A DNA stretch of 41,545 bases, taken from positions 1 through 41,545 of the forward strand of contig CAMCQL010000001.1 in the NCBI GenBank assembly GCA_945877005.1, in the 5' to 3' direction. Positions within the stretch are counted from its first letter, which is position 1, and each line of letters opens with the position of its first letter. The DNA is from Chryseobacterium gleum (GTDB lineage: Bacteria > Bacteroidota > Bacteroidia > Flavobacteriales_D > Crocinitomicaceae). The notes beneath the pieces are model-generated. The model was not told the DNA's origin and ran no database searches. It saw nothing but the letters and a program-made list of their open reading frames with translations. Shown piece after piece: positions 18,541 to 27,130 of the stretch. The position numbers and the translations under genes were made by a program.

Positions 18541-18673
18541 TCGCCCATTTTAAATATAGAAAATTCATTTTTAGAATTACACCCATTTTTGATTGTACGA
18601 ATTATTCGAATCAATTTAACATTTAAGAAACTTTTTTATTTTTTTTTAGTATAAGTTAAATAAATGTTTAATT

Positions 18674-19840
18674 ATGAAAAAAACAAACTATTTATTTTTA
18701 TTGTTAACCTTAACATTTATTTTTAGTTGCACTGAAAAAAACAGTGGAAAAACAAAAATAATTACACCGAAAAAAATAATTCAACCCCTTGAAATTAAGG
18801 AAGATCGTAATCTTACAAATCTTGCTAATTTTTTCGGAGGTATTTCCTCAAGCACTACAGATAGTTTAATTCCAAAAGAAATCAAAAAACAATGGGAGCA
18901 ATTCACCAAAGAAATGAATACTACCTACTTGCGTATTGATGAAAAGAAAAAGATAATGAACACATGGAAAAACAAAAACATATCTATTTCAAAAGGAACA
19001 TTATTTTACCCCTTTTCAGGACCTGACTTTCTTCATGCCAACATTTTCTTTCCTGAATTTGACACAATAATAATGATAGGATTAGAACCAACAGGAAACA
19101 GTAAAATCAACATCACTAACTATACCACCCCTGATGCATTCAATAAAATATCTCGTTCTTTAACTACAATATTAAATCAAAGTTTTTTTAGAACAAAATC
19201 GATGGCAGTAGACTTTAAAAGTGAAAACTTGAATGGAACTATTCCTATATTTCTCCATTTTATTTCGAGAAACCAATTTGCCATTCAATCGATAAAAGAC
19301 GTACAATTAAATTCAAAAGGTGAATTAATACCAATCTCAAAACAAGTTGAAAACTCGACTTACTATCAAGGCATTGAATACACATTAATAAAAAACAATA
19401 AATTAAAACATTTGTACTTTTTCTCAATGAATTTAATGAATACTGAGTATGCAGGTCAACCTGGACTGGATAAACACGAAGAAGTAGGAAAGTTAATTAA
19501 AAACAAAAACATTTCATCAACTTACTTAAAAGCTGCATCCTATTTACTTCATCGAAATGAATTTTCGATCTTACGCAATTGGATCCTTAATCATTCCAAA
19601 CAAATTGTTCAAGATGATTCGGGAATTCCTTTAAAATTTATTACCGATACCACTAAATGGAGTACAAATTACTTTGGCGTTTATAATAAACCAATTCCTT
19701 TATTTTATGAACGTTATCAACAGGAGCTCTTTGATGTCTATCATAAAAATCCCGGGAAAATATTATCTCTACCTTTCGGTATAGGATATAAGAGCCAAGA
19801 AGGAACATCAAACATGTCTATCTCAATCAAAATTCAATGA
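18674..19840 (+). CDS. Hypothetical lipoprotein (paralogue of 36122-37297)
   Basis: 388 aa. Signal peptide plus Cys (LLTLTFIFSC). It shares conserved blocks with the 36122 gene product (LFYPFSGPDF, IMIGLE, NGTI, LKAASYL, IVQDDSGIP, IPLF, PFGIGY). Confidence 0.7.
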   Translation: MKKTNYLFLLLTLTFIFSCTEKNSGKTKIITPKKIIQPLEIKEDRNLTNLANFFGGISSSTTDSLIPKEIKKQWEQFTKEMNTTYLRIDEKKKIMNTWKNKNISISKGTLFYPFSGPDFLHANIFFPEFDTIIMIGLEPTGNSKINITNYTTPDAFNKISRSLTTILNQSFFRTKSMAVDFKSENLNGTIPIFLHFISRNQFAIQSIKDVQLNSKGELIPISKQVENSTYYQGIEYTLIKNNKLKHLYFFSMNLMNTEYAGQPGLDKHEEVGKLIKNKNISSTYLKAASYLLHRNEFSILRNWILNHSKQIVQDDSGIPLKFITDTTKWSTNYFGVYNKPIPLFYERYQQELFDVYHKNPGKILSLPFGIGYKSQEGTSNMSISIKIQ

Positions 19841-21435
19841 AAAAATTAAACTCAATTGCAATCATTGCCTTAATTGCAGGATTACTTTCTGTTGGTATTT
19901 CATGTTCAATAATTTTACCCGCATATATAAAAGGTAACAAACATCCTATAAAAGAGGATATCGCTTCAACAATAGAAACCAAATACATATTACCTGAAAT
20001 CACCAAAAACGATTCTTTATTGAAAAATTTCAATTATGAAATTATACTATTAGACTCAAACCACAATTCATTCAACGGTTTTTCAGAAAACTATCAATCT
20101 GATTCTTCACAAATCCTTTGTTTTAGAGGGAATCAAGAACGGAATAACCCAACACGTGGCCAATTATCGAAAACCCCTAAACAAATAGAACTTCAATGGA
20201 AATTTGAAACTGCAGTTGCGAAGGAATGGGGAGGCGGTTCAGGATGGACAGGACAACCATTAATGGTAAAATGGAGTAAAGCATTAAAAATAAAATTAGG
20301 AATAAAAGATTCTGCTTTTATTAATAACGATGATGCAATTGAAGGAATAGTTGGCTCATTAAGTGGGGAAATCTATTTTTTCAATAGTGAAAATGGAAAA
20401 TCTACTCGCGAACCTCTAAAAGTTGATGGACCAATCAAAGGAACAGTATCGTTAGACCCTCGTATGAATGGACTACTATATGTAGGACAAGGAATTGGAC
20501 AAGGTAAAAGATTTGGAGCCTATATTTTCAACATGATTACAAGAAAAGAACTGCTCTATTTACCTGGAATTGACAAAAATGCTTACAGAGGGTGGGGTGC
20601 TTTCGACAGTAATCCATTAATCGATAAAAAAACTGGAACTGTTATTTGGCCGGGTGAAAACGGATTAATTTACAAAATAGATTGCAGCGATTTATCCAAT
20701 GTACACATTGTTTCAAAATTCAGTTACAAAAGCGATAACACTTCAAGACAAGGCATTGAATCAAGCACTTGTGTTTTAGGGAAATATGGTTTCTTTGCAG
20801 ATAACTCAGGTAATTTATTCTGTTTAGATCTTGTGAAATTTGAACCTAAATGGGTTATTAATACTTATGACGACACAGATGCATCTTTAGTATTGAGTCT
20901 AGAAAACGGAAAATATTTTCTTTATACAGGAAATGAAGTTGATCACAGAAAACCAGATGCTAAATCAAAATTAAGAAAAATAGATATTCTTTCAGGAAAA
21001 CAAATATGGAGTTGGGGAATAAACTGTTCCGGTTCTGATTTATTTGGTAAATCCAACAGTGGAGGTATGCTTGCTACACCATTATTGGGTATAAATAATT
21101 GCAAGGATTTAATCTTTACCATTTTTTCTAGAACAAATGGAACAAGAAAATCAGAATTTATTGCAATTAATAAAAAAACAGGTAAGAAAAAATTTACTAT
21201 AAAAATGGATGGTTATTCATGGGCTTCTCCTGTAGGGTTAAATGATAAAAATGGAAATATGTATGTCTTTTTTACTGATGTACATGGTATCACCTATTTA
21301 ATAAATGGAAAAAATGGAAAAATGATACATAATGACACATTACCATTTATCTTTGAATCATCCCCTGCTGTCATAAACAATCAGATAATTGTTGGAGTAA
21401 GAGGTAAAAATATTATTGGTTTAAAAGTTATTTAA
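19837..21435 (+). CDS. PQQ-like / BamB-family beta-propeller repeat protein, probable lipoprotein
   Basis: 532 aa. Signal peptide with Cys (LLSVGISC). Repeated strand motifs are typical of PQQ-like propellers (GEIYFFNSENGK, GNLFCLDLVKFEPKW, RKIDILSGKQIWSW, FIAINKKTGKKKF). Its ATG overlaps the previous stop (ATGA). Confidence 0.75.
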   Translation: MKKLNSIAIIALIAGLLSVGISCSIILPAYIKGNKHPIKEDIASTIETKYILPEITKNDSLLKNFNYEIILLDSNHNSFNGFSENYQSDSSQILCFRGNQERNNPTRGQLSKTPKQIELQWKFETAVAKEWGGGSGWTGQPLMVKWSKALKIKLGIKDSAFINNDDAIEGIVGSLSGEIYFFNSENGKSTREPLKVDGPIKGTVSLDPRMNGLLYVGQGIGQGKRFGAYIFNMITRKELLYLPGIDKNAYRGWGAFDSNPLIDKKTGTVIWPGENGLIYKIDCSDLSNVHIVSKFSYKSDNTSRQGIESSTCVLGKYGFFADNSGNLFCLDLVKFEPKWVINTYDDTDASLVLSLENGKYFLYTGNEVDHRKPDAKSKLRKIDILSGKQIWSWGINCSGSDLFGKSNSGGMLATPLLGINNCKDLIFTIFSRTNGTRKSEFIAINKKTGKKKFTIKMDGYSWASPVGLNDKNGNMYVFFTDVHGITYLINGKNGKMIHNDTLPFIFESSPAVINNQIIVGVRGKNIIGLKVI

Positions 21436-21473
21436 AAAATTTAGATGTTTTAATCACTTTTGTAATTTAAGAA

Positions 21474-21959
21474 ATGGAAACTACCGAACAAAAATCTTCA
21501 ACTAAAAAAATACTACTCGTGATCGGTCTTATCTTATCAGTCACTTGTACCATTCTATATTTTCAGTTAAAAAGTCAAACAGAGGAAGAAAAAATTTATC
21601 AATCAACAGTTTCTGAACTAAAACAAAACGTTCAACTTCTTCAAAAAGAATTAAAGTCTATCAAAAAAGAAAAAACAATAGTTTCTTTTGAAAAAGACTC
21701 ATTGAAAAAAAATCTAAATTATTTATGGGGATATAAACCATTGGTTATGACAAGTTACCTGAGAGATCGAATTACATCTAACTTCAATTATAAACCTGGA
21801 GATTTGGTCAGAATGAAAACAGATTCATCACTTGTTGTAGTAACAGATATAATATTAGGAGGAAATGAATACAACTATTTTATAAAATTTTTAATAAAAA
21901 ATAGAAAAGGAGAAAGTAAAGAAGTATCTCCGCTTGAAATAGAAGCATTAAAAAAATAA
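21474..21959 (+). CDS. Hypothetical TM + coiled-coil protein with a small C-terminal beta domain
   Basis: 161 aa. TM ILLVIGLILSVTCTILYF, a heptad-like region (SELKQNVQLLQKELKSIKKEK) and a C-terminal KPGDLVRMKTDSSLVVVTDI segment resembling small SH3-like/DUF2158-type domains (weak call). Confidence 0.55.
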   Translation: METTEQKSSTKKILLVIGLILSVTCTILYFQLKSQTEEEKIYQSTVSELKQNVQLLQKELKSIKKEKTIVSFEKDSLKKNLNYLWGYKPLVMTSYLRDRITSNFNYKPGDLVRMKTDSSLVVVTDIILGGNEYNYFIKFLIKNRKGESKEVSPLEIEALKK

Positions 21960-22136
21960 GCATCAATTACCAGAAACAAAAGTTGAAAAACACTGATATT
22001 AAAATGTTTTAATGATTAAAATACAAATTACGATTCATTGAAATTAAATTAAGAACATATCAAACTAAAAATATTCATCATTTTTTTTTAATTTTACGTA
22101 CTATCTAAAGTTTAAATTTAACTAATTATAATTTTT

Positions 22137-22144
22137 TAGATTTG
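22137..22144 (+). promoter_or_regulatory. -7 box TAGATTTG upstream of the Cys-repeat T9SS cargo gene
   Basis: Exact TAnnTTTG match 37 nt upstream of the ATG at 22182. Confidence 0.4.
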
Positions 22145-22181
22145 AAAATAGACTTAAAACAGTTACGTAAATCAATAAAAA

Positions 22182-24122
22182 ATGAAAATAAAATCTTTAA
22201 ATTACAGAAGCATACTTATTTTTAGTTTGTTTTTAATTGTCAATTACTTATCAAAAGTAAATGCTCAAACTACCTATTCAACACAATACATAAGCACCTG
22301 TAAACAATACATTTGGCCTATAAATGGAAAAACTTATACAGGTTCAGGAACATTCAAAGACACAATTCCAAACGTAAAAAACTTTGATTCAATTATTACT
22401 TTAAACTTGACGATTTACCCTGCAAAATCGACAACTGTTACGGTTTCAGAATGTTCAAAATACACATGGTCAGCTAACGGATTAACTTATTCACAATCAG
22501 GAATATACAAAACTTCATTAAAAACAAAATTTAACTGTGATTCAATTATCAGCCTAAATTTAACAATCAAGCAACCTTCATTTAGGTATGATACTGTTGA
22601 TGCCTGCGAAAGTTACAAATGGCCATTAAACAACAAAACTTACAATAAAACTGGAGTATATTATGATACATTAATTAATAAACAAGGATGCGACTCTATA
22701 GTATCACTTAATCTAACCATCAATTATATTGTCATTACCAGTCAAAAAGTTGTAGCATGCAAAGAATATACGTGGCCTGTTAACAATCTAAAGTATACAC
22801 AAACGGGTGAATACAAAGCTATTTTAAAAACAATTCATGGATGTGATTCAATTATATTTCTTCGCTTACATGTAAATCAACCAACATTTGGTACAGAAAA
22901 TCAAATAGCTTGTGATCAATTTTATTGGAAAAACAATGGAATCACATACACACAAAATGGTATTTACAAAGATACATTGTTTAATTCCGTTGGGTGTGAC
23001 TCAATAGTAACATTGACTTTATCAATCAAAAAATCATCTAGAAATTCAATTTCAGTAGTAAGCTGTAATAACTACAGTTGGTGGCAAAATGGAATTACTT
23101 ACAAGAAATCTGGTACATACTACGACACAATAGTTAATGCTGTTGGGTGTGATTCAATTGTAGAATTGAATTTAACGATAAAAAGTTCATTCGAGCGCTC
23201 TGAATCAATTACTACATGTACACAATACAAATGGAAAGTAAACAATCAAACCTATTTTAAATCAGGTAATTACAGTTATATCGTTAGAAGTAATACACAA
23301 GGTATATGTGATTCAGTTTATTACCTAAATCTTACAATTGCAAATACACTTTATGGTCAAGAAACTATACGAACATGTGAAAGTTACAAATGGCCTGCAA
23401 ACAATGTGACTTACAAATCTTCTGGTGTTTACACAACAAAACTTAAATCTGTAGATGGATGTGATTCTGTTGTAAAACTATATCTAACCATTTCTAAAAA
23501 TAAAACAACTTTTATTAATAAAGTAGCTTGTGCAAGTTATACATGGGATGCAACTGGTAAAACTTATTATTTCTCAGATACTGCTATTAAAGCAACACTT
23601 CAATCTGCTGCAGGTTGTGATTCTATCGTTAATTTAAATCTCGTTATAAAAAATGTAGATGCTACAGCACTTGTAGACGGTCTGTCTATTAAAGCAAAAA
23701 TACCAGGATTAGAATACCAATGGATCGACTGTGAAGATGGAAATGCTCAAATAAAAGGAGCTAATCGACAAATTTTTTCCCCTATCGCATCGGGTAAGTT
23801 TGCAGTAATTGTAAAAGATTATTCTTGCTCCAATCAATCAGAATGTTTTTCGATAGAAGTACCTGTAAATAGTATAAACTCTAAATCAAATGAACAATTC
23901 AAAGTATTTCCAAATCCATTTAATGATCAGATAAACATTGAATTAAAACAAGCACTTCAAAATGCTAACATTGAGATTAAAGAATTAAGCGGTAAATCTG
24001 TCTATAAAGAGAATTTCAAACTAGTAGATAAATTAAATATTCCTTTAGATCTTCCTTCTGGAATTTATCTAATCGAAATTCAAAGTAACCAAAACTATTG
24101 GATTCAAAAAATAACAAAATAG
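22182..24122 (+). CDS. Secreted repeat protein with T9SS type A C-terminal sorting domain
   Basis: 646 aa. Signal peptide (..LSKVNAQ), nine 51-aa repeats, and a C-terminal FKVFPNPFNDQINIEL...LPSGIYLIEIQS pattern typical of Por-secretion-tail (type A) CTDs. Confidence 0.85.
   Translation: MKIKSLNYRSILIFSLFLIVNYLSKVNAQTTYSTQYISTCKQYIWPINGKTYTGSGTFKDTIPNVKNFDSIITLNLTIYPAKSTTVTVSECSKYTWSANGLTYSQSGIYKTSLKTKFNCDSIISLNLTIKQPSFRYDTVDACESYKWPLNNKTYNKTGVYYDTLINKQGCDSIVSLNLTINYIVITSQKVVACKEYTWPVNNLKYTQTGEYKAILKTIHGCDSIIFLRLHVNQPTFGTENQIACDQFYWKNNGITYTQNGIYKDTLFNSVGCDSIVTLTLSIKKSSRNSISVVSCNNYSWWQNGITYKKSGTYYDTIVNAVGCDSIVELNLTIKSSFERSESITTCTQYKWKVNNQTYFKSGNYSYIVRSNTQGICDSVYYLNLTIANTLYGQETIRTCESYKWPANNVTYKSSGVYTTKLKSVDGCDSVVKLYLTISKNKTTFINKVACASYTWDATGKTYYFSDTAIKATLQSAAGCDSIVNLNLVIKNVDATALVDGLSIKAKIPGLEYQWIDCEDGNAQIKGANRQIFSPIASGKFAVIVKDYSCSNQSECFSIEVPVNSINSKSNEQFKVFPNPFNDQINIELKQALQNANIEIKELSGKSVYKENFKLVDKLNIPLDLPSGIYLIEIQSNQNYWIQKITK
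22272..23651 (+). repeat. Nine tandem 51-aa (153-nt) Cys-pair repeats within the T9SS cargo gene
   Basis: The first Cys of each unit falls at aa 40, 91, 142, 193, 244, 295, 346, 399 and 450. The consensus is C-x2-Y-x-W-x2-N-x2-T-Y-x3-G-x-Y...GCDSI-x2-L-x-L-T-I. Confidence 0.85.
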
Positions 24123-24131
24123 CATGTAATC

Positions 24132-24166
24132 AAGCCCGAATCTTATTTTTAAAGAATCTCGGGCTT
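24132..24166 (+). terminator. Candidate intrinsic terminator hairpin after the T9SS cargo gene
   Basis: AAGCCCGA (24132-24139) pairs with TCGGGCTT (24159-24166), with an inner 4-bp extension (TCTT/AAGA). The downstream tail is only moderately T-rich. Confidence 0.45.
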
Positions 24167-24346
24167 AATTTCATCTTAAATTTCTCCTAGAATCAAAAAT
24201 TATAAACTACTCTATTTTTCTCTACTGATTCTGTAAATCAAAATTAAATTCTACTCTGTTAATATTAAATCTATTCCAATTATTCCTTTCAATTAAGATC
24301 TGTTGAACTTTCAAATCAATCACTTGTTACATTTTAAAGCATTCTA

Positions 24347-27121
24347 ATGGCAGATAAATTCATTCACATAAAAGGAGCAAGAGTCAATAACTTAAAAAAT
24401 ATTGAAGTTAAGATAAAACACAATTCGTTTACTGTAATCACTGGTTTGTCTGGGTCTGGAAAATCTTCCCTTGCTTTTGATACATTGTACGCAGAAGGTC
24501 AACGAAGGTATGTTGAGAGTCTTTCTTCCTATGCGAGACAATTTTTAGGGAGACTTGATAAACCAGATACGGACTTTATTAAAGGGATTTCGCCTGCAAT
24601 TGCGATAGAACAAAAAGTTACTTCAACCAATCCAAGATCAACCGTTGGGACTTCTACTGAAATCTATGATTATCTGAAAGTTTTATTTGCAAGAATAGGA
24701 AAAACCATCTCTCCAATTTCTGGAGAAGAAGTAAAAAAACACAATGTTGAAGATGTTATTTCCAAAATCAATCAACTTAAGAATGGAACACGATTATTTA
24801 TTTTAGCACCTATTACCACTTTTGGAAAATATGGTATTGAAAAACAAATTGAACTTCTAAAAGAACAAGGATATTCAAGAGTTTTAATAAACGAAACACC
24901 TTTTGAATTAATCGATTTATTAGCAACGACTCCACAAATTAGTGATGCAAAAATAATCATTGATCGAATCACCTCTCCTGTAACAGAAGAATCAATCGCA
25001 CGCACCTCAGAATCAATTTCTTTAGCATTTTCTGAAGGAAACGGAACATGTGAGCTATATCTTCCTTCCAGTAAAGAAATTCATCCTTTTAATACAAAGT
25101 TTGAATTAGATAACCTAGAATTCACAGCGCCAACAGAGCAATTTTTCACCTTCAATAATCCTTATGGAGCGTGTAAAAAATGTGAGGGGTTTGGTTCTAT
25201 TTTAGGAATTAATCCATCATTAGTAATTCCTGATAGAAGTTTGAGCATCTACCAAGGAGCTATTGCTTGTTGGAAAGGCGATACGATGGGTGAATATTTA
25301 AAAGATTTACTTTTTAATGCTCCGAAATTTAATTTTCCAATCCATCGACCTTTTTGTGAACTTACACCACTGGAAGAACAAATCATTTGGGATGGTAATA
25401 AGTATTTCATGGGATTAAACAGTTTTTTTAAATTTCTAGAAAGTCAAAGTTATAAAATTCAATATAGAGTTCTTCTTTCACGTTATAGAGGCAAAACAAC
25501 TTGTCCAGATTGTCAAGGAACTAGAATTAGAAAAGATGCAAATTATGTAAAAATTGCAGGTAATTCAATTACAGATATAGTATTGTTACCAATTCATAAA
25601 TGCAAACACGTCTTTGAAAATTTAGAATTATCTGAGAATGATTATAAAATCGCGTCAAGAATTTTACTTGAAATTACTAATAGACTTACATTTTTATGTG
25701 ATGTCGGATTAGAATACCTTACCCTAAATCGAACATCAAATACTTTGTCGGGAGGAGAATCTCAACGAATCAACCTTGCAACTTCATTAGGCAGTAGTTT
25801 GGTCGGTTCGATGTATATATTAGATGAACCAAGTATCGGATTACATCCAAAAGATACAGAGCGATTAATTACTGTTTTAAAACATCTTCGCGATGAAGGT
25901 AACACAGTAATTGTCGTTGAGCACGATGAGGAAATCATGAAGGAAGCAGACGAAATCATCGATATTGGTCCAATGGCAGGCAATTATGGTGGTGAAATTG
26001 TTTTTCAAGGCACCCACAAAGACCTAATCAATCAAACAAAAAGTTTAACTGCAAACTATTTAACTCACGAAAAAGTTATTGCAATTCCTAAAAATAAACG
26101 AACTGCTCAACATTGGATACATCTAAAAAACGTACGACAAAACAACTTGAAAAATTTAGACGTAAGTTTTCCTCTTTACAACTTCACGTGCATAACAGGT
26201 GTGAGTGGCTCAGGGAAATCTACTTTAATTAAACAAGTACTCCATCCATTTTTAAAAAAACATTTAGGAATATCCAACGACCAACAAGGAGCATACGATA
26301 CAATTACAGGAAATTTAGAAGCCATACAATCAGTAGAGTTCATTGATCAAAATCCAATTGGAAAATCATCAAGAAGTAATCCTGCTACGTATGTAGGCGC
26401 TTTTGATGATATTCGAGATTTATTCTCCCGACAACCTGAATCAAAACTAAAAGGATACAAACCTGGATATTTCAGTTTTAATGTAGAAGGTGGAAGATGC
26501 GAAATGTGTGAAGGGGAAGGTACTACAACTGTAAGTATGCAGTTCATGGCAGACATACACCTATTATGTGATGAATGTGAAGGGAAACGTTACAAGACTA
26601 GTTCATTATCCGTAAAATACCATCAAAAAAACATTTCAGATATCTTGGATATGGATATTTCTGAAGCGCTCGAATTTTTCAAAACTTATCCTGGTCGACT
26701 TGAAGAGAAAATTGTTTCAAAAATTCAACCTCTTGAAGACGTTGGTTTGGGATATTTGAAACTCGGTCAATCTTCAAGTACATTAAGTGGTGGCGAAGCA
26801 CAACGAATTAAACTTGCATCTTTTCTTTCAAAAGGAACTAACTCCAAAGACACATTGTTCATATTTGACGAACCAACAACTGGTCTTCATTTTTATGACA
26901 TTGAAAAACTATTGATTGCCATTCAACGATTAATAGATGCAAAAAATTCAGTAATTATTATCGAACACCATAGCGACGTTATTAAATGTGCCGATTGGGT
27001 TGTTGATCTTGGCCCTTTCGGAGGAGATAAAGGGGGTGAATTAATTTTTTCGGGACCGCCAGAACAACTTATTCTAGAAGAAAAAAGTCTAACTGGATTT
27101 TACTTAAAGGATAAGTTTTAA
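24347..27121 (+). CDS. uvrA: Excinuclease ABC subunit A
   Basis: 924 aa. Two complete ABC ATPase modules: GLSGSGKSSLAFDT, LSGGESQRINLA, ILDEPSIGLH, then GVSGSGKSTL, LSGGEAQRIKLA, IFDEPTTGLH. Zn modules CKKCEGFG and CEMCEGEG...CDECEG are present. I cannot tell whether it is the primary UvrA or a paralogue. Confidence 0.9.
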   Translation: MADKFIHIKGARVNNLKNIEVKIKHNSFTVITGLSGSGKSSLAFDTLYAEGQRRYVESLSSYARQFLGRLDKPDTDFIKGISPAIAIEQKVTSTNPRSTVGTSTEIYDYLKVLFARIGKTISPISGEEVKKHNVEDVISKINQLKNGTRLFILAPITTFGKYGIEKQIELLKEQGYSRVLINETPFELIDLLATTPQISDAKIIIDRITSPVTEESIARTSESISLAFSEGNGTCELYLPSSKEIHPFNTKFELDNLEFTAPTEQFFTFNNPYGACKKCEGFGSILGINPSLVIPDRSLSIYQGAIACWKGDTMGEYLKDLLFNAPKFNFPIHRPFCELTPLEEQIIWDGNKYFMGLNSFFKFLESQSYKIQYRVLLSRYRGKTTCPDCQGTRIRKDANYVKIAGNSITDIVLLPIHKCKHVFENLELSENDYKIASRILLEITNRLTFLCDVGLEYLTLNRTSNTLSGGESQRINLATSLGSSLVGSMYILDEPSIGLHPKDTERLITVLKHLRDEGNTVIVVEHDEEIMKEADEIIDIGPMAGNYGGEIVFQGTHKDLINQTKSLTANYLTHEKVIAIPKNKRTAQHWIHLKNVRQNNLKNLDVSFPLYNFTCITGVSGSGKSTLIKQVLHPFLKKHLGISNDQQGAYDTITGNLEAIQSVEFIDQNPIGKSSRSNPATYVGAFDDIRDLFSRQPESKLKGYKPGYFSFNVEGGRCEMCEGEGTTTVSMQFMADIHLLCDECEGKRYKTSSLSVKYHQKNISDILDMDISEALEFFKTYPGRLEEKIVSKIQPLEDVGLGYLKLGQSSSTLSGGEAQRIKLASFLSKGTNSKDTLFIFDEPTTGLHFYDIEKLLIAIQRLIDAKNSVIIIEHHSDVIKCADWVVDLGPFGGDKGGELIFSGPPEQLILEEKSLTGFYLKDKF

Positions 27122-27130
27122 ATTTACACT

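Noticed and set aside
24167-24346. The 180-nt promoter-less stretch upstream of uvrA as a possible small RNA or riboswitch.
   Set aside because: It contains only loose repeats of TACTCT-like words. I could trace no convincing stem-loops, conserved riboswitch cores or TAnnTTTG box. The evidence is insufficient without comparative or transcript data.
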